Below, piece after piece: positions 1-12,930 of a stretch of 64,000 nucleotides of DNA. The stretch lies in assembly GCF_009914755.1 (NCBI RefSeq), contig NC_060940.1, one strand, 5' to 3'. The notes under the pieces are model-generated. The model did not search any database, was not told where the DNA came from, and worked only from the letters and a program-made list of their open reading frames with translations. Position 1 is the stretch's first letter. Every line of letters starts with the position of its first letter. Origin of the DNA: the human T2T-CHM13v2.0 reference genome, Homo sapiens. A program made the position numbers and the translations under genes.

Positions 1-167
1 TGAAGGAGGAGAGAAACATGGGTAAACCAGCTAGAGAATGTGTTCTAAAGATTCTGAATTTGGTATGTGCACTTGTCCCAAACACAATCATGCCCTTTCT
101 TCAAGGGTTGACTACACTTTGGGAGCCTGTATGTACTGGAGCCGTTTGTGTGTGACCAGCCACATTT

Positions 168-800
168 TCTTTTTTGTTTGTTTTTGCTTTTTGGTTTTTT
201 TTTATTTTTTATTTTTTGTAATTTCAACTTTTATTTTAGATTCAGGGGGTACATGTGTAGTTTTGTTACCTGAGTATATCGCATGATGCTGAGGTTTGGT
301 GTACAATTGATCCCATTACCCCGATACTGAGCATAGTACCCAACAGTTAGTTTTTCAACCCAGTCCCACTCACTCCTCGTAGTAGTACCCAGTGTCTATT
401 GTTGCCATCTGTCTGTCCACGAGTACCTTGTTTAGCTCCCACTTACATAAGTGAGAACATGGAGTCTTTCTGTTCCTGCATTAATTCTCTTAGGATAATG
501 GCCTCCAGCTGTATCCATGTTGCTGCAAAGAACATGATTTCATCATTTTTGTGGCTGTGTAGCATTCCATGGTGTATATGTACCACATCTCCTTTATCTA
601 ATCCACTGATGGACATTATGAACACCTAGGTTGATTCCATGTCTTTGCTATTGTGAATAGTGCTGCAGTGAACATACCAGTGCATGTGTCTTTTTGGTAG
701 AAAGATTTTTTTCTCCTGTGTATATACCCAGTAATGGGATTATCAGATCAAATTGTAGTTCTATATTCTTTGAGAAATCTCCAAACTGCTTTCCACAGTG
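168..800 (-). mobile_element. 5'-truncated L1 3' end (old L1PA/L1PB type)
   Basis: T-rich tail, then L1 3'UTR/ORF2-end motifs (the minus ORF contains 'DEIMFFAATWIQLEAIILREL'). TSD-like ccagc(c)cacattttc at ~156-169 and ~801-815. Confidence 0.9.
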
Positions 801-1308
801 CCAGCCCACATTTTCAAGACTTATACGTGTCAGGTGTTAGGGCACCATTGAGGAAGGGGATCCTGTGTGAGCTCCATGCAGGCAAGTTTCAAGAATTTTC
901 CATGATGAGTTCAACATAGGGTTAATTAAACCATCTTCTTGCCTTTGCTTAAATCATCTAATCTAGATAAATCAACTTAATGGTTATTTTCAGCATCTAT
1001 GGGTAGAATTGAATTTAATTGACTCAGAAGCCAATGGAAGGGTGACACAAAAGAAGCCAAAGATCTATCTTCGTGGAATTTATAAGTTATTAGAATGAGA
1101 AGCTTACATTCAAAGGACAATCACAAAATGTAACAAGAATTTACAAAGTACATGTTAGACTACATGATGTAGGCTGAGTTAGAAGAAAGGAAGAAGGTCA
1201 CAGAATCTGAAATGTTCAAAAAACACATAGGGCTTTTAATTGGGCTCTATAAAAATAATTTGCATTGGCTGAGAACAAAACTAGATTTTCCATCTTTACT
1301 ATCTAGAT

Positions 1309-1763
1309 CAGTGGTTCTCAATCAGTGGCTACTAATGAACAATGAAACCTGAACAGTGTTACAGTGAAATTTTGCCCAATGTGACTTTTTTTTTAAATGA
1401 AAACACACAGAGTTGCAACATCATCTGTCTGATGGATCCTTTAATTGAGCAGGCAGAAAAATATAAAGGATGATCCAACCTTCTGTGAACCAGAGTAAAG
1501 TGTGAGCTTTGGCTTGTGGGTTTGTAGCAGATTGTCATCATGGCAATAAATAATTCTAATCAAATAGCAGGACAGTGTGAAAGGGTGACCACTAACTTCT
1601 TTCAAAACACTGGGAGACATTGTTAGACTGTGGCAATTACTGCATTGTAATTGTTCCTAATTTATTTAAATGTTGTTTTTAGTCTCCTAATCATTCCAAG
1701 AGGGCTGCCAAAATTCTAATATTCCAAAATGTGCCATGAATCCACAAAGTTTGGGAGCCACTG
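1309..1763. mobile_element. hAT-Charlie-type non-autonomous DNA transposon
   Basis: Terminal inverted repeats CAGTGGTTCTCAA ... TTGGGAGCCACTG; the left flank atctagat resembles the hAT target consensus. Confidence 0.65.
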
Positions 1764-1899
1764 ATTTGTTCTCTCCCATGCCACATTTTGTTTCATATTA
1801 CAGTTTGTCCTTAGGAAATAGCATTTTAATAATACCAAGCAAAAGCATTTATGGGCTATGGAATTTAGCAATTACCTTGAATTGCTTAAGTTGAGCAGA

Positions 1900-2080
1900 T
1901 TCTTTTAAAAATAATTTATTATTCTGAAATAATCTAAAGTTCACAAAAAGTCACAAAAATAATACAGTGTTCCCATGTACCCTTCTCCCAACTTCCCCCA
2001 GTGATAGTATTTTATATAATCATAGTATGCTGTGAAAACCAGAAAATTGTTGTTGGTATAATACTGACTCCGGTGTATTT
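1900..2080 (-). mobile_element. old L1M (L1MC/MD-like) 3' fragment
   Basis: 'gttcccatgtacccttctcccaacttcccccagtgatagtatttt...aaaaccagaaaattg' resembles the L1MC 3' end. Confidence 0.6.
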
Positions 2081-2684
2081 ATTTTTAAATAGTATTCTCC
2101 AAGTTTACAGGCAGTCTATGGAATATGAGTCAACAGGTTATATAAAATAAATTAACTAGATTTTAAGTTTTTAACTTTGAAACATTTGCCTCCATATGCT
2201 AACTCAGTTGGAAAAAAATGAATAGAAAAGTTTGTTTTGGGTATTTGAAAATCAGAAAATAATGCACTATTGAGGGTCGAGCATGTGCTAGGTGTTGCAC
2301 TAGTAAGTCAGGAATAGAAACAGTACCTTCATACAGCTCACAGTCCAGAGGGAACTACAAACAGGCATTGGTAATTCAGTGGGAAACAAGTTGTGACATT
2401 TCTTAAGAAACACGTGGGGAGATCATGGGAAAGATACAATCAGGATTTGGGAAGTCACGGAAGGTTTTCTAGGGGAAGCTGAGATCTAAAAAATCACATA
2501 GGAGATAGCCGGATACAAGAGGAGTGGAGAAGAGTGTTCCAGGCAGAGGAAAAACCTATGCTAAGACATGAGGTGAGAAAGAGCATGACCCACCTAAAGG
2601 ACAGAGAGAAGTTCTGTGGCTGGAACACAACACGGGAAAGGAGGGACACGTTTCACAGGAGGGCAGGCAGCCAACCTCACCTAC

Positions 2685-3288
2685 AGCTGCACTGTTATAC
2701 AGGAGCCCCTGGCCACAAGGGGCTATTGAGACTCAAAATAAGGCAAGGTTTCATTAAGATGTGTTGTAAGGGCAAAATATGCACCAGGTTTTAAAGACTT
2801 GCTATCAAGTAAGAGTACTAATGTATCTCAGTAAATTTTTTTTTTCGAGATAGGGTCTTGCTCTGTCACCCAAGCTGGAATGCAGTGGTGTGATCACAGC
2901 TCACTGTAACCTCAAACTCTCCTGGGCTCAATGATCCTCCCACCTCAGCATCCCAAGTTGCTGGGACTACAGGTGTGCACCACCATGCCTGGTTAATTTA
3001 ATTTTTTATTTTTCTATAGAAACAGGGCCTCACTTTGTTGCCAGGGCAAGTCTTGAATTCCTGGCCTCAAGAAATTCTCTCATCTCAGCCTCCGAAAGTG
3101 CTAGGATTACAGGCATAAGCTGCAGTGCCCGGCCAGTAATTTGTATATCAATTTCATATTGAAATGAAAATATTTTGAGTTAAATAAAATATATTATTAA
3201 AAATCAGCTGCTTCTATTTCTTTTCACATTTTTAATGTGGCTAAAATTACATATGTGACTTATGTTATATTTCTAGTGGACAGTGCTG
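2685..3288 (-). mobile_element. MER33 (hAT-Charlie) with nested Alu
   Basis: Matches recalled MER33 consensus ('tatattattaaaa...ttttaatgtggct...aaaattacatatgtg...ggacagtgctg'). Confidence 0.85.
2836..3135 (-). mobile_element. AluJ
   Basis: Full dimeric Alu; short TSD cagtaa. Confidence 0.93.
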
Positions 3289-4544
3289 TTCTAGAGGGCC
3301 AGCGATGGTTTCCCAGGAAAAAATGTTATTAAACTGAGATCTGCAGTGAGGATAAGTTAGCCAGCAAACAAGGGAAAGGAAGAACATATGGGAAGGCCCA
3401 GAGTGGAGACAGGCAAACCAGAGCCTGAAAACGAAGCGTCCTCTAGGTTAAGTTGAGAGTGTAAACTTTAATCAGAAGGCAACAGAACCATTGCAGAATT
3501 TTACACAGAGGAGTGACATGATAGTTTTTAGGTTAAGAGGATCACTCCAACCAGTGGGATGGAGTAAGAGTAAGTAGGGGGAGCAACACAGGTGTTGAAG
3601 GATTCCAGGGTTAAATATCTTTCTTCCTGCCCTGTCCCTTGATTCCCCATGTCCACCCTAAAGCAAATCCTGTCCAAGCATGTGTCCTAAAAAGTGCATC
3701 AAAGTGAGGTCAGGGCATAATTGAAACCTTACAGTTTCTTTACAAGAAAGCCTCTTCTCTGTAGCTCAGTTTCCAAGCTTAAGTAATTACAAATAAGACC
3801 ACTTCTGGAAGCACATGTCCTGGTAAAATTCAAAGCTAATTACAGATTCGATGCCTTTCCACTCTCTGTTTTCTTTTACCTTATGTACATCAACACAAAA
3901 TGATCTCAAAACAACCATTAAGTCATCTTCTGTTGCATTCCATCTTTTCAATGTTCCATGGGCATCTCAATTCTCTAATTAGGGGACTTAGAGATTGGAC
4001 GATAAGCGCTGAGTGTGCCTGCCGAGCCCTGTTCATCAGTTCCAGACATTGCCCACTTGAGTGACCAGCAAGGCTCCTGCTACCAGCCAATCACATGGAT
4101 TGGATTGGGGAATGGAGATGGGAACAGAATCAGGGCAATATGGTTCTATCAATGTGCCTACATTGACCATTGCTAGTGGCCTCTTTTGGAGGTGATTTTA
4201 ACCACCAACTCCTCAATTATACTTTTTTCTAGGTTGACTTTGTTGCTATTGTTATTATTCTTATTGTTTTGTTTCTTATTTCTGTTGTTTGGGTTTAAGT
4301 TTTGTTCTTGCTTTTTTCATTAGTTCTGTTTTTGCATCACCTTAGAGACATTGTGTAGATGAAAACTGAGATTTGAAGTTAGGTGTATCATTTGTGTACT
4401 GGAGTGCTTTGGAATGAATGCAAAAATGAATAAGGAAATGATCTTGCCTTAAGAAAATGTTTAGCCTAGAAAGATAATGCAAATAGTATATGCAATAGTA
4501 TAGACAATGCAATTGTATATGAAAATAGTGGAGTACAATAAATT

Positions 4545-5195
4545 GAAGGGCGCAAATCAGCTGTTGCCTAGCCACACTAAGCCTGTAGATATATTTGGCT
4601 TAATTTAAACATTGACTATAAAATATTCCAATTAGGCTGGGTGTGGTAGCTCACGCCTGTAATCCCAGCACTTTGGGAGGCTGAGGCAGGCAGATCACTT
4701 GAGCTCATGAGTTTGAGGACCAGCCTGGACAACATGGCAAAACCCCATCTCTACAAAGAACACAAAAATTAGCTGGGTGTGGTGGCATGTGCCTGTAGTC
4801 CCAGCTACTCAGGAGACTGTCATGGGGAGGATGGCTTGAGCACGGAAGGCTGAGGTTGCAGTGAGCCAAGATTGCACCACTGCACTCTAGCCTGGGCAAT
4901 ACAGCCAGAACATGTCTCAAAAGCAAAGAAAATATTTGAATTAGTTGCTGGAACTTAAAAATTAGGAACTTTTGTTTGAGAATCTACATGTCAGTCTTCT
5001 CTTGAAAAACAGGAAGTTTTTGCCATGTTGGACCTGTCTTCCTACATGGCAATAACTGGCTAAAGTAGCCTAGTGGCTGCCACTCATGCAGCTCTGGGTG
5101 TCCAGTGTCCCCTATGAACCACTATTTTATATCCAGTCTTCCTTGCTTGTTTATGTTGTCTGCCAGGCCCCTGTAAACAGCTGGTTAGCAACCTT
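4545..5195. mobile_element. MER102-like hAT element with nested Alu
   Basis: 'cttctcttgaaaaacaggaag...acatggcaataactggct...gtggctgcc' resembles the MER102 consensus. Confidence 0.6.
4634..4929 (+). mobile_element. AluJ
   Basis: Full Alu; degenerate TSD aaaatattccaatta / aaaatatttgaatta. Confidence 0.95.
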
Positions 5196-6584
5196 TAGTG
5201 TAAATGCACAGAGCAAAAGGAGTAGAGGATATGCCTCATGCCTTAAGAACGGTTACCAGTTATAAGAGTCATGGGACTGAGAGACAGTCTCTGTTTTTCC
5301 CTTTGTAACCATATTTATGAAGGTTTTAGAACAAGAATATATTCATGCCTTATTATCATAATTTTTCAAAAAAGTATATTAATATATTATGATCATGTAT
5401 GTATATAACTAAAATTCTCTAAAAATACTATAAAAGCAGAATAAATGGAGTACTGTGGCTCCTCAGAAGAGAGATAATCTTCACTGGACAGAGCCATGCG
5501 ATGATACCAGAGTCTCAGCTATGTACATTACTCGGCATTTAGCATAACAGATGTTACATGGTAATAGTCAACATATTTTCTGTGAGTGGATTCTCTAGAT
5601 ACATACAATGGCAAAATAGCCAAATTGGAAAGTCAAACAGAGCTAGTTTATATGAAACCTTGGACATAGTAGGTCATATTGAAAGAAAAAAAAAAATCAG
5701 CCTTAGACCAATCTATGATATATTTTTTGCCTTTACTAATACAAAAAATAAGCTTGACCAGATTTCATATCTCCTTAAGATGGAACCATCTGAGCTAGTT
5801 GTGTTCTTGCCCACCCCATGCAGAAGCATGCATAAGCATGACCACCAATTGGGCAAACCCCAGAAAAGTTTCATTCTCTTTATATGCTGCAGGACAAGAA
5901 TGTGTGCAAATGAATAACCACTACTTAAGCAAATCATCTTGACCCAATTTGTGGACCTGTTAACTTTTATTTTTCTTAATTTACTCTCTACAGAGTAGCT
6001 TTGTCCCATATACATCACGAAAAATTATTTAATCAGATTTTATTTTTAATTTTTCATTAAAAGCTGAAATAAGAGATTTTCTAGAATATATCCAAAATCT
6101 ACAGAAAGCAGCGAAAGTAAACTTTAATAATCAGTTAGAATGCATAAAACTAAAAGGGAATAATTCTTTTTGTAACTCACATTGAAGCACTGATTTGTAA
6201 GGAGAAGGGTAATGTATAAATTACCATTTCTGAATTGGTGAGAACTGCAGTTATTTACTCATACCTTCGATTTGTGGCTATGCAGACAAACCAGCTTTAC
6301 TTTAAAGATTTTTTAAAGAATTCCCTTCTTCTTAAAATAAGTTTGGATGCGATTAATCTGTTAGTCCTCCCAGCTCCAAGATCCTATGTTTTGTGACAAA
6401 AAATTCACTCAAACAGCTATTGTTTTTTAAATAATTAATTAGCACTGCCATAGCTAAAGTTGATTGGAGAAAAAAAAGAGCCCAGTAATAAGTTGTCTGA
6501 ACCCATGTAATGATTTCTTCATTATGCATTATCTCTAAATTTTTTGATGGGATTATCTTATTATAAGGTAATGACAATATTCAT

Positions 6585-6815
6585 TAGGTATTGAGTATTT
6601 TTATGTACCAGACACTTGACTTGTGTTATCCTCTTAATCTTGACATCAACACTATTAAGTGGGTACCATAATTTCTCCCATTGTATACATCAGAAAACGA
6701 AAGTTCAAGGGGTTAAATAACTTTCCCAAGGTTACAGAGGTAAGAAATGGTACCAAGATTCAAATCCAGGTTGATTTTGTGCCAAAATTTTGCTCTTAAT
6801 CATTATACCATACAG
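6585..6815 (-). mobile_element. MIR
   Basis: MIR core ('ggttaaataactttcccaaggttacagag...gattcaaatccagg'). Confidence 0.85.
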
Positions 6816-7635
6816 TGTCCAGACCTAAGAATAAGCTTTTGTATGAAAAAAAAAACCCACAATTTTAAGCTACCCCTTTGATTGACTGATTAGATGATAG
6901 ACTAAATATATCTTTGTATTTCCCTATAGTTGTAACATGGCGTTCATTAAAAAGACATCAGAGATCTATAATTATTTTTATCAAGTTGCAAACACAATCC
7001 ACACTGTTAAGAGAAATTCTTATAAATACATGCCTGAGGCCTCCCACTTACTCCCTGTACATTGCTTGATTACTCAGCTCTCTTGTCTGCATGGTTCCTT
7101 TGACAAAGAGTATGTCACTTTCATACCTAATAGCTAAATAGGATTGATATGATACCAAACAAATGCCTTTCCATTTGGGAGAATTTATGCTTGAAAAAAC
7201 ATATTTCCCCCAGGAAGCCTCCATTTATCATCAAGATGAATCTTGGGGATGGGTACAAGGCAGCCTCCAAAGGGAGGATTTGTTCACTTTCTTTGATTTG
7301 TCAGGTTTTCAGCTCTTAAAAGGGCACCTACAAATTAAGCGCACAGATTATTTTCTCAAACTCTTCTTGGTTCTGTTCATTTCAATGGGAGAATAGTAAA
7401 GTAGCATTTAGACCCAAAGTATTTTCCAAATGGAACATGCAAGTTGGGTGCTAAACATTTACCAAGAAGGCAGACGTGGAGTCCAGTCATCTTATTTCAA
7501 ACAGAAACATTGTTTGGCCAGAAATCACTTCAGGGCAGAGCTGATTCCAACGTTCACAGCGGCTACAAAAAGGATTCTATTTTGGCAAGCAAACACTTCG
7601 AAAAAAGCATTTTTAGCCATCCATGAAAAAGGAGT

Positions 7636-7652
7636 GAGTGCCCCCTGGTGAA
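7636..7652 (-). promoter_or_regulatory. CTCF-like motif
   Basis: Minus strand reads TTCACCAGGGGGCACTC, close to the CTCF core CCACCAGGGGGCGC, in apparently unique DNA. Motif match only. Confidence 0.55.
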
Positions 7653-7918
7653 AATGTGGGAAACGTTTCCATATGTTATTTTTGGCTGGCAAGAAGGTGC
7701 AGATGTCTTCACAATAAAAATATACTCGCTATGAGAGCGCGCCTCCTTGAGAAGAGTTGGCAAGATTTGGGGCACTGGATCCACAGAGTGGCAAAGAAGC
7801 ACAAAGGGAGGAAGAAAGCCAAGCCATCACCAAGACAGTCAGGAGGGTGGGCACTGGAGTCAGTCACACAAGCTGGGATCATGGGTGACTTCCGTTTTAT
7901 TGTTGTATTTTTTATACC

Positions 7919-8687
7919 TGTGTTGGGTGGTCTGCCCTCTCCAAACTCACTCTCCACGTATCTTCACTCTAATCTGTGTCCAGGGAGGCTGACCTTTACA
8001 GATATATTAACACACTCCCTTCCCCTCTGGCTTGTAGGTGAGTTCAACCAAGGGAAGACACCAGCAGGTGACCAGAGGGTGGAAAAAGTGACACTGAGGT
8101 GTTTATTCCCAGAGCTCACTCTTTGCCAGTGCAGGCTGGAAGGGACTGTATCCCCCATCTTATGGTCTCAGCTCCATTAAGATAATCAGCTGACCTATAT
8201 CTGTAAGTCTGTCTCTCTCCAGGTGAACTCTCCCTTTCAAAGTTCCTTCATGCTTAAGGGTGGTAACAGCTCCCCATTTTTGCTGACCTGGGGTGCTTCA
8301 CCATTCTTGTTGAGTTCTTTTCTTTTTTTTTTTAAGACTGTGTCTCACTTTGTTGCCCAGGCTGAAGTGCAGTAGCATGATCATAGGTCACTGCAGCCTC
8401 AAACTCCTGAGCTCAAGCCATCCTCCTACCTCAGCCTCCTGAGTAAACAGGGCTACAGGTATGCACCACCATGCCTGGCTACAGGCTGGTCTTGAACTCC
8501 TGGCCTCAAGCAGTTCTCCACCTCATCCTCCCAAAGCACTAGGATTATAGGTGCGAGCCACCACACCTGGCCTTGCTGGGTTCCCTAAATCTTACCCACA
8601 CCTCTGTGAAAAATCTATGCAGTAAATGTATCTTGTTGGTCTTTGTGAGTGTGCCATCTCTTTCCCATGAGTACTCTGACTGATACA
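7919..8687 (+). mobile_element. LTR33-like ERVL solo LTR with nested Alu
   Basis: TG...CA ends; motifs 'gggaggctgacc', 'ccctctggctt'; terminal 'gtgtgccatct...ctgactgataca'. Confidence 0.75.
8315..8572 (-). mobile_element. AluJ with ~45-50 bp internal deletion of the linker
   Basis: The sequence runs 'cctggcta|caggctggtcttg', so the A-rich middle linker is missing; degenerate TSD ttgttgagttc / ttgctgggttc. Confidence 0.9.
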
Positions 8688-9246
8688 GTACTTTCCATAT
8701 ATTCCAAAATTTCTACAATAAGCATCCATCCCTATCTAACTCCAGGGAAACCTAAGGCTTCTGGTAGTCCCAAATTCTAATCCCACCAGTTCTGACCACT
8801 TGGACTGGGGTTCAGTTAGAAGAATCGCAATGTGGGACTCTTTGTCTTCAAGGTCTCACTTCACTGCCGCATGCTCCAGTGATTAATTAGTCCACTGCCA
8901 ACCTTTTGACTCAAGCTGCTGGCTTCACCTGCACCTCTACATTTTGAACAGGAAGAAGAAAGATTCTGTTTACATTCAGCCTTCACCTATCTCAGCAGGA
9001 GGGAAGGAGAACAAGTTGTTCTGTCAGGAAGAATCGAAAAGATTAAACAAACAGCATACTGCTTCTGCGGGTCTAGTGTTGGCAAGACCAGGAACTCTGT
9101 AAACCACAAGAACAGAAGGGCAGCCTGCTGGTCAGTGCCCAGGCATCCAGCCCAGGGATCTGTTTTTGACAAGAGAATACAGAAGTATTTAGGCCTTGCC
9201 AATTTACACCTGTCTTCCAAACATCCGGACTTCCCTCATTAATCTA

Positions 9247-9328
9247 TTAGTTCGGTGCAAAAGTAATTGCTGCTTTTGTCATTACTTTTAATGGCAAAAA
9301 CCTCAATAACTTTTGCACCAACCTTTAA
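9247..9328. mobile_element. MADE1 (Hsmar1 mariner MITE)
   Basis: ~80-bp palindrome GGTGCAAAAGTAATTG ... CAATAACTTTTGCACC flanked by TA dinucleotides. Confidence 0.95.
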
Positions 9329-9525
9329 TATTATGAACTGTCATCCAAGATTGTCCCTATATGCTTTTTGTTGCAGTGAACAGAGATGATGAGTGACGAG
9401 CATGCCAGATTGACTCCTCTCTTACTATGTGATGAGGACCAATTTTAACCTTTCCAAGACTGACTGCAATTGTCAAATGGAGACGATAATGCCTACAGCA
9501 TAGGATGGTTTTAAGGGTATATGTG

Positions 9526-9823
9526 GCCAGGCAGGGTGGCTCACACCTATAATCCCAGCACTTTGGGAGGCCAAGGCGTGTGGATTGCTTGAGCCCAGGA
9601 GTTCGAGATCACTTTGGGCAACATAGTGAAACCCCATATCTGCGAAAAGGTACCAAAACATTTGCCAGGCATGGTGGTGAATGCCTGTAATCCCAGCTAC
9701 TCAGGAGGCTGGGGTGGGAGGATCACTTCAGCCTGAGAAGGTTGAGGCTGCAGTGAGCCATGATCACACCACTGTGCTCCAGCCTGGGCATCAGAGTGAG
9801 ACCCTATCTCAAGAAGAATAAAA
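9526..9823 (+). mobile_element. AluJ inserted in a MIR (MIR ~9400-9890)
   Basis: Full Alu; MIR-like sequence on both sides. Confidence 0.93.
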
Positions 9824-10129
9824 GGGCAAATGAAGCCATGCATACAAGGGGCGCCATCCCAAACACAGAGTCGGCACTCAATAATATGGTTTTGCTCCTT
9901 CTCTTTGTCTTCTTGAGATATTCTAGGTTTCCATATCCTCATCAAACTTCAATAGTCTGATCATCATGAAGAAAACTGCTTAGAACTAACATAAAGACTG
10001 AGTCGTTCACGTCAAGGAAAGTTTTTCTTGCTTCCTTTCACAGTTGCCCAGGATTGAGCATACAAGGTATAATAAAGTTAGTATTAAGGGCTAATTATTG
10101 AGGACTTATTACACAGACACTCTGCTGAG

Positions 10130-12720
10130 ACTTTTTTCCATTTTATATTTATCAAATATATGTGTCCATATTTAAAGAGTCAAAGAGTTTTACAAATTTG
10201 TACGAAACACAGCAATTCCTACCCTTTGCCCCACATCTATCTTCCTAGCAGACTCCACTTTCAAATCTAAAAAGGGAATATTTTGGCATTTACCTTCACA
10301 ATTCTGAACAACATATTTCTTACCACTTCTTCATTTTGTAGTTTAGACATAATCTATTGGCCTCCTTCTATGGATAACGATAATGGAACTTTTATTCATT
10401 CCCCTGCCCCATCACTGCACATCCTTTCCACTCCCTCGGGTACCTAATATAGCTATTTGGTAATTTTGTCAGATCGATATTGTGTTGGCATATGACTATG
10501 TAAACGCTGCTCACAGCTGAGTCATGTGTACACTAATTATTTTTATTTCCCGTGCAAATTTCCCCAGAGATAATTGTCTTGCTTTCTCATTCGTTTTGTT
10601 TTCTATGAACATACCACTAGTGCAACTCCAAACTCCCTGCCTTTGGTCTAAAACTCTTTTTAAGACATTTATGTTATCTGATGTTCTACCAATTTCCTAT
10701 TCTTAGAGAAATCTTTCCTGGAGGTTTCTGGTATGCTCCAACCTGAATTGGTTGCCTTCTAGGCCTGGTGCATGGCTACTATCTTCAACATCTTCCTGTG
10801 GATTCTCTTTGCCTCTTCCTTGTGTTGGATCTCTTCTTTTCTGAATCTCATATCTTCCTTCTTATTGGTTTATTCCCTCTTTTGGGTGGAGTACATACTT
10901 TAGTATCTTCTTGGGAAAGAATATGTAGGAAATAAAATTGTTGAAACGTTGCTTACCTAAAAACAGGTTTATTTGACCCTCATGCTTTGTAATTATTATG
11001 GGAAATAAAGAAATGCTTTGTAATATTGTTTCGAGCAAAGAATTTAAGAACAGTAAAACAACAACAATAAAAGCTTTTGACAACTCTTATTATCTAGACA
11101 ACAGGAAACTCCTATCTTTAAAGTAAAAGAAACAAAACTGGGGCCAGCCCAAAGAAAAAGCATTTCTGATTTTCACATACACCTAAAATAGCTCCTATTG
11201 CCATTTTTTCACCATCTCTGCTAGAAAACTCACGTAAGGCTTGTCCACTCTCACACATGATTGACAGTCTGGCTGTGTATAGAATTCCAAGTGGCAATCA
11301 TTTTTCTTCAAATTCTGAAAACATCCTTCCATTTGTCTTCCAACATCCAGTATGGCTTTTGAGAATTTCAAAATCATTCTGATTCCTGGGACTTTGTGTG
11401 CAACTAGTTTCTCTCTCGCTTTCTTTTTCTCACTCTTTCTCGCCGCTAGTGTTCTGAGATATATGAGGCTTGTGTATTTTCAATCACTAATAGTAATAGC
11501 ATTCCAGCTTCCAACTCCATGGCTCTCCCTATCTGGGAATTTGCCCTTCCGTTTTGAGAAATGTTCTTCTATTGTTTCTCCCCACGTGTTTTCTTTCTGG
11601 AACTCCCGATGTTCAGATCTTGAACTTCGTGAGCTGGTGGTCCTCTAAATTTTCTTACTTTCTATCATATTGTCTTTTTAACTCTACTTTCTAGATTTTC
11701 TTGTTTTCATTTTTCCTCAGCTGAATTCTCTAACTCTTGAGTTTTTCATCTCTGCCCTCATTTTTAATTAAGAACTCTATTTTGTTTTCTAAATGTTCCT
11801 TTTTTAAAGCATCCTCTTCTTGATTTATGGATGTAATAATGATAGGCAATTTTTTTTTCTTTTCCCTGCATGGTTTCCATTTTTTACCAGATTGGTTTTT
11901 GTTGATGTTCACTTTGACTTCTGTCAATGGCTAAGCTTTCTCTTAACTCTGGTAATCCAATTGTCTGCTGTATTGAAGAATATGGAGATAAAAAGAGACT
12001 AGAAGCTCTAAGTGTGCTATACTGTCTGTGAACTTTACCAGGTGATCGGGCTGGGCTGTTCCCTTGTAAAATGTCCACAAACCAGACCAGATTCCCGAGA
12101 GAAGACTCATTTCCTAGATCTCCTAGGAAGGAAAAAGGCCTGAAAGTCAATTCCAGAAGCTGAGTGAAAGGATAGTTGGGGGGAATCTTAGCAGCCAGAA
12201 TGCATTCATTCATTTACACCCAGTGTTTTCAGTAGGATAAACCCACCTTCTGGAATAACTGAGCTACCCTCATCCACATACCTCTGCTTTAACCTTGCCA
12301 AAGAATGAGCTCCAGGTCTTTCGTTGGGATAAAGGAGGGGCGGTTGTCCAGCTGCATGCCACTGGGGAGGAAATGTGAGCCTCAAACTCTTCCTAAACAG
12401 TCTTTGAACCAGTCCTCCTGGGCTCTGATCCCATATTTTACCTCATTTTCTGGTACCAATTTCAATCTTTTGAGTCAGTGGTTTAAATCAGTTGATTTTT
12501 GGTTTTCCATGCTGCAGGCTTAGGACTCCATCTTCTCAAGTGTGTTAAGTCACTTAGCATTCCAGCTTCCACAAATTTGTTGCAACTGTCTCCTCTCCCA
12601 TTTATTCATTCAAAACAACAACAACAAAAGCCCATCTCTTTTTAGTATCGTTTTAGTGGGGCTTAAGAGAGAACGGAAGTAAATAAGTAAAATGCATGAA
12701 TTCCAAATGTCTTTACTCAG
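10130..12720 (-). mobile_element. HAL1 / ancient L1 ORF1-region relic
   Basis: Minus-strand ORF fragments resemble ORF1p ('QEEDALKKEHLENK', 'FQNLKKNDCHLEFYTQP') and are followed by a 3'-end-like segment with no ORF2. Confidence 0.65.
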
Positions 12721-12729
12721 ATATCCACT

Positions 12730-12930
12730 AAGCAATTTACATATGTGATTTCATTTACTCCTCACACATCTGCCCCCCCGCCCCGCCCCACCCAGACAGG
12801 TAGAATCATTATCCCCATTTCACATATGGGGATAATCAAACAGAAACCAAAGCTCAGAGATATTAATTTACCCAAGGATACACAATAAATAGATGGCATA
12901 ACTGGGATTTGAAATTTCTGTACAATGTAC
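12730..12930 (-). mobile_element. MIR
   Basis: 'attatccccatttcacatatgggg...aatttacccaaggatacaca...gggatttgaa'. Confidence 0.8.

Larger units (their letters stand above)
2270..3600 (-). mobile_element. L2 fragment, interrupted by MER33 and an Alu
   Basis: L2-like purine-rich motifs ('gtgttccaggcagagg', 'gctgagatct', 'gagtgacatgat') on both sides of the MER33. Confidence 0.7.

Noticed and set aside
6258-6480. Possible minus-strand exon (donor-like AG|GTATGA near 6265, acceptor-like site near 6453); a similar donor lies at ~26670
   Set aside because: Splice-like motifs are common by chance, and no coding frame or other support is visible without transcript data.
7638-8180. 180-aa plus-strand ORF
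   Set aside because: It has a non-ATG start, its second half lies in an LTR33-like element, and it shows no recognisable homology.
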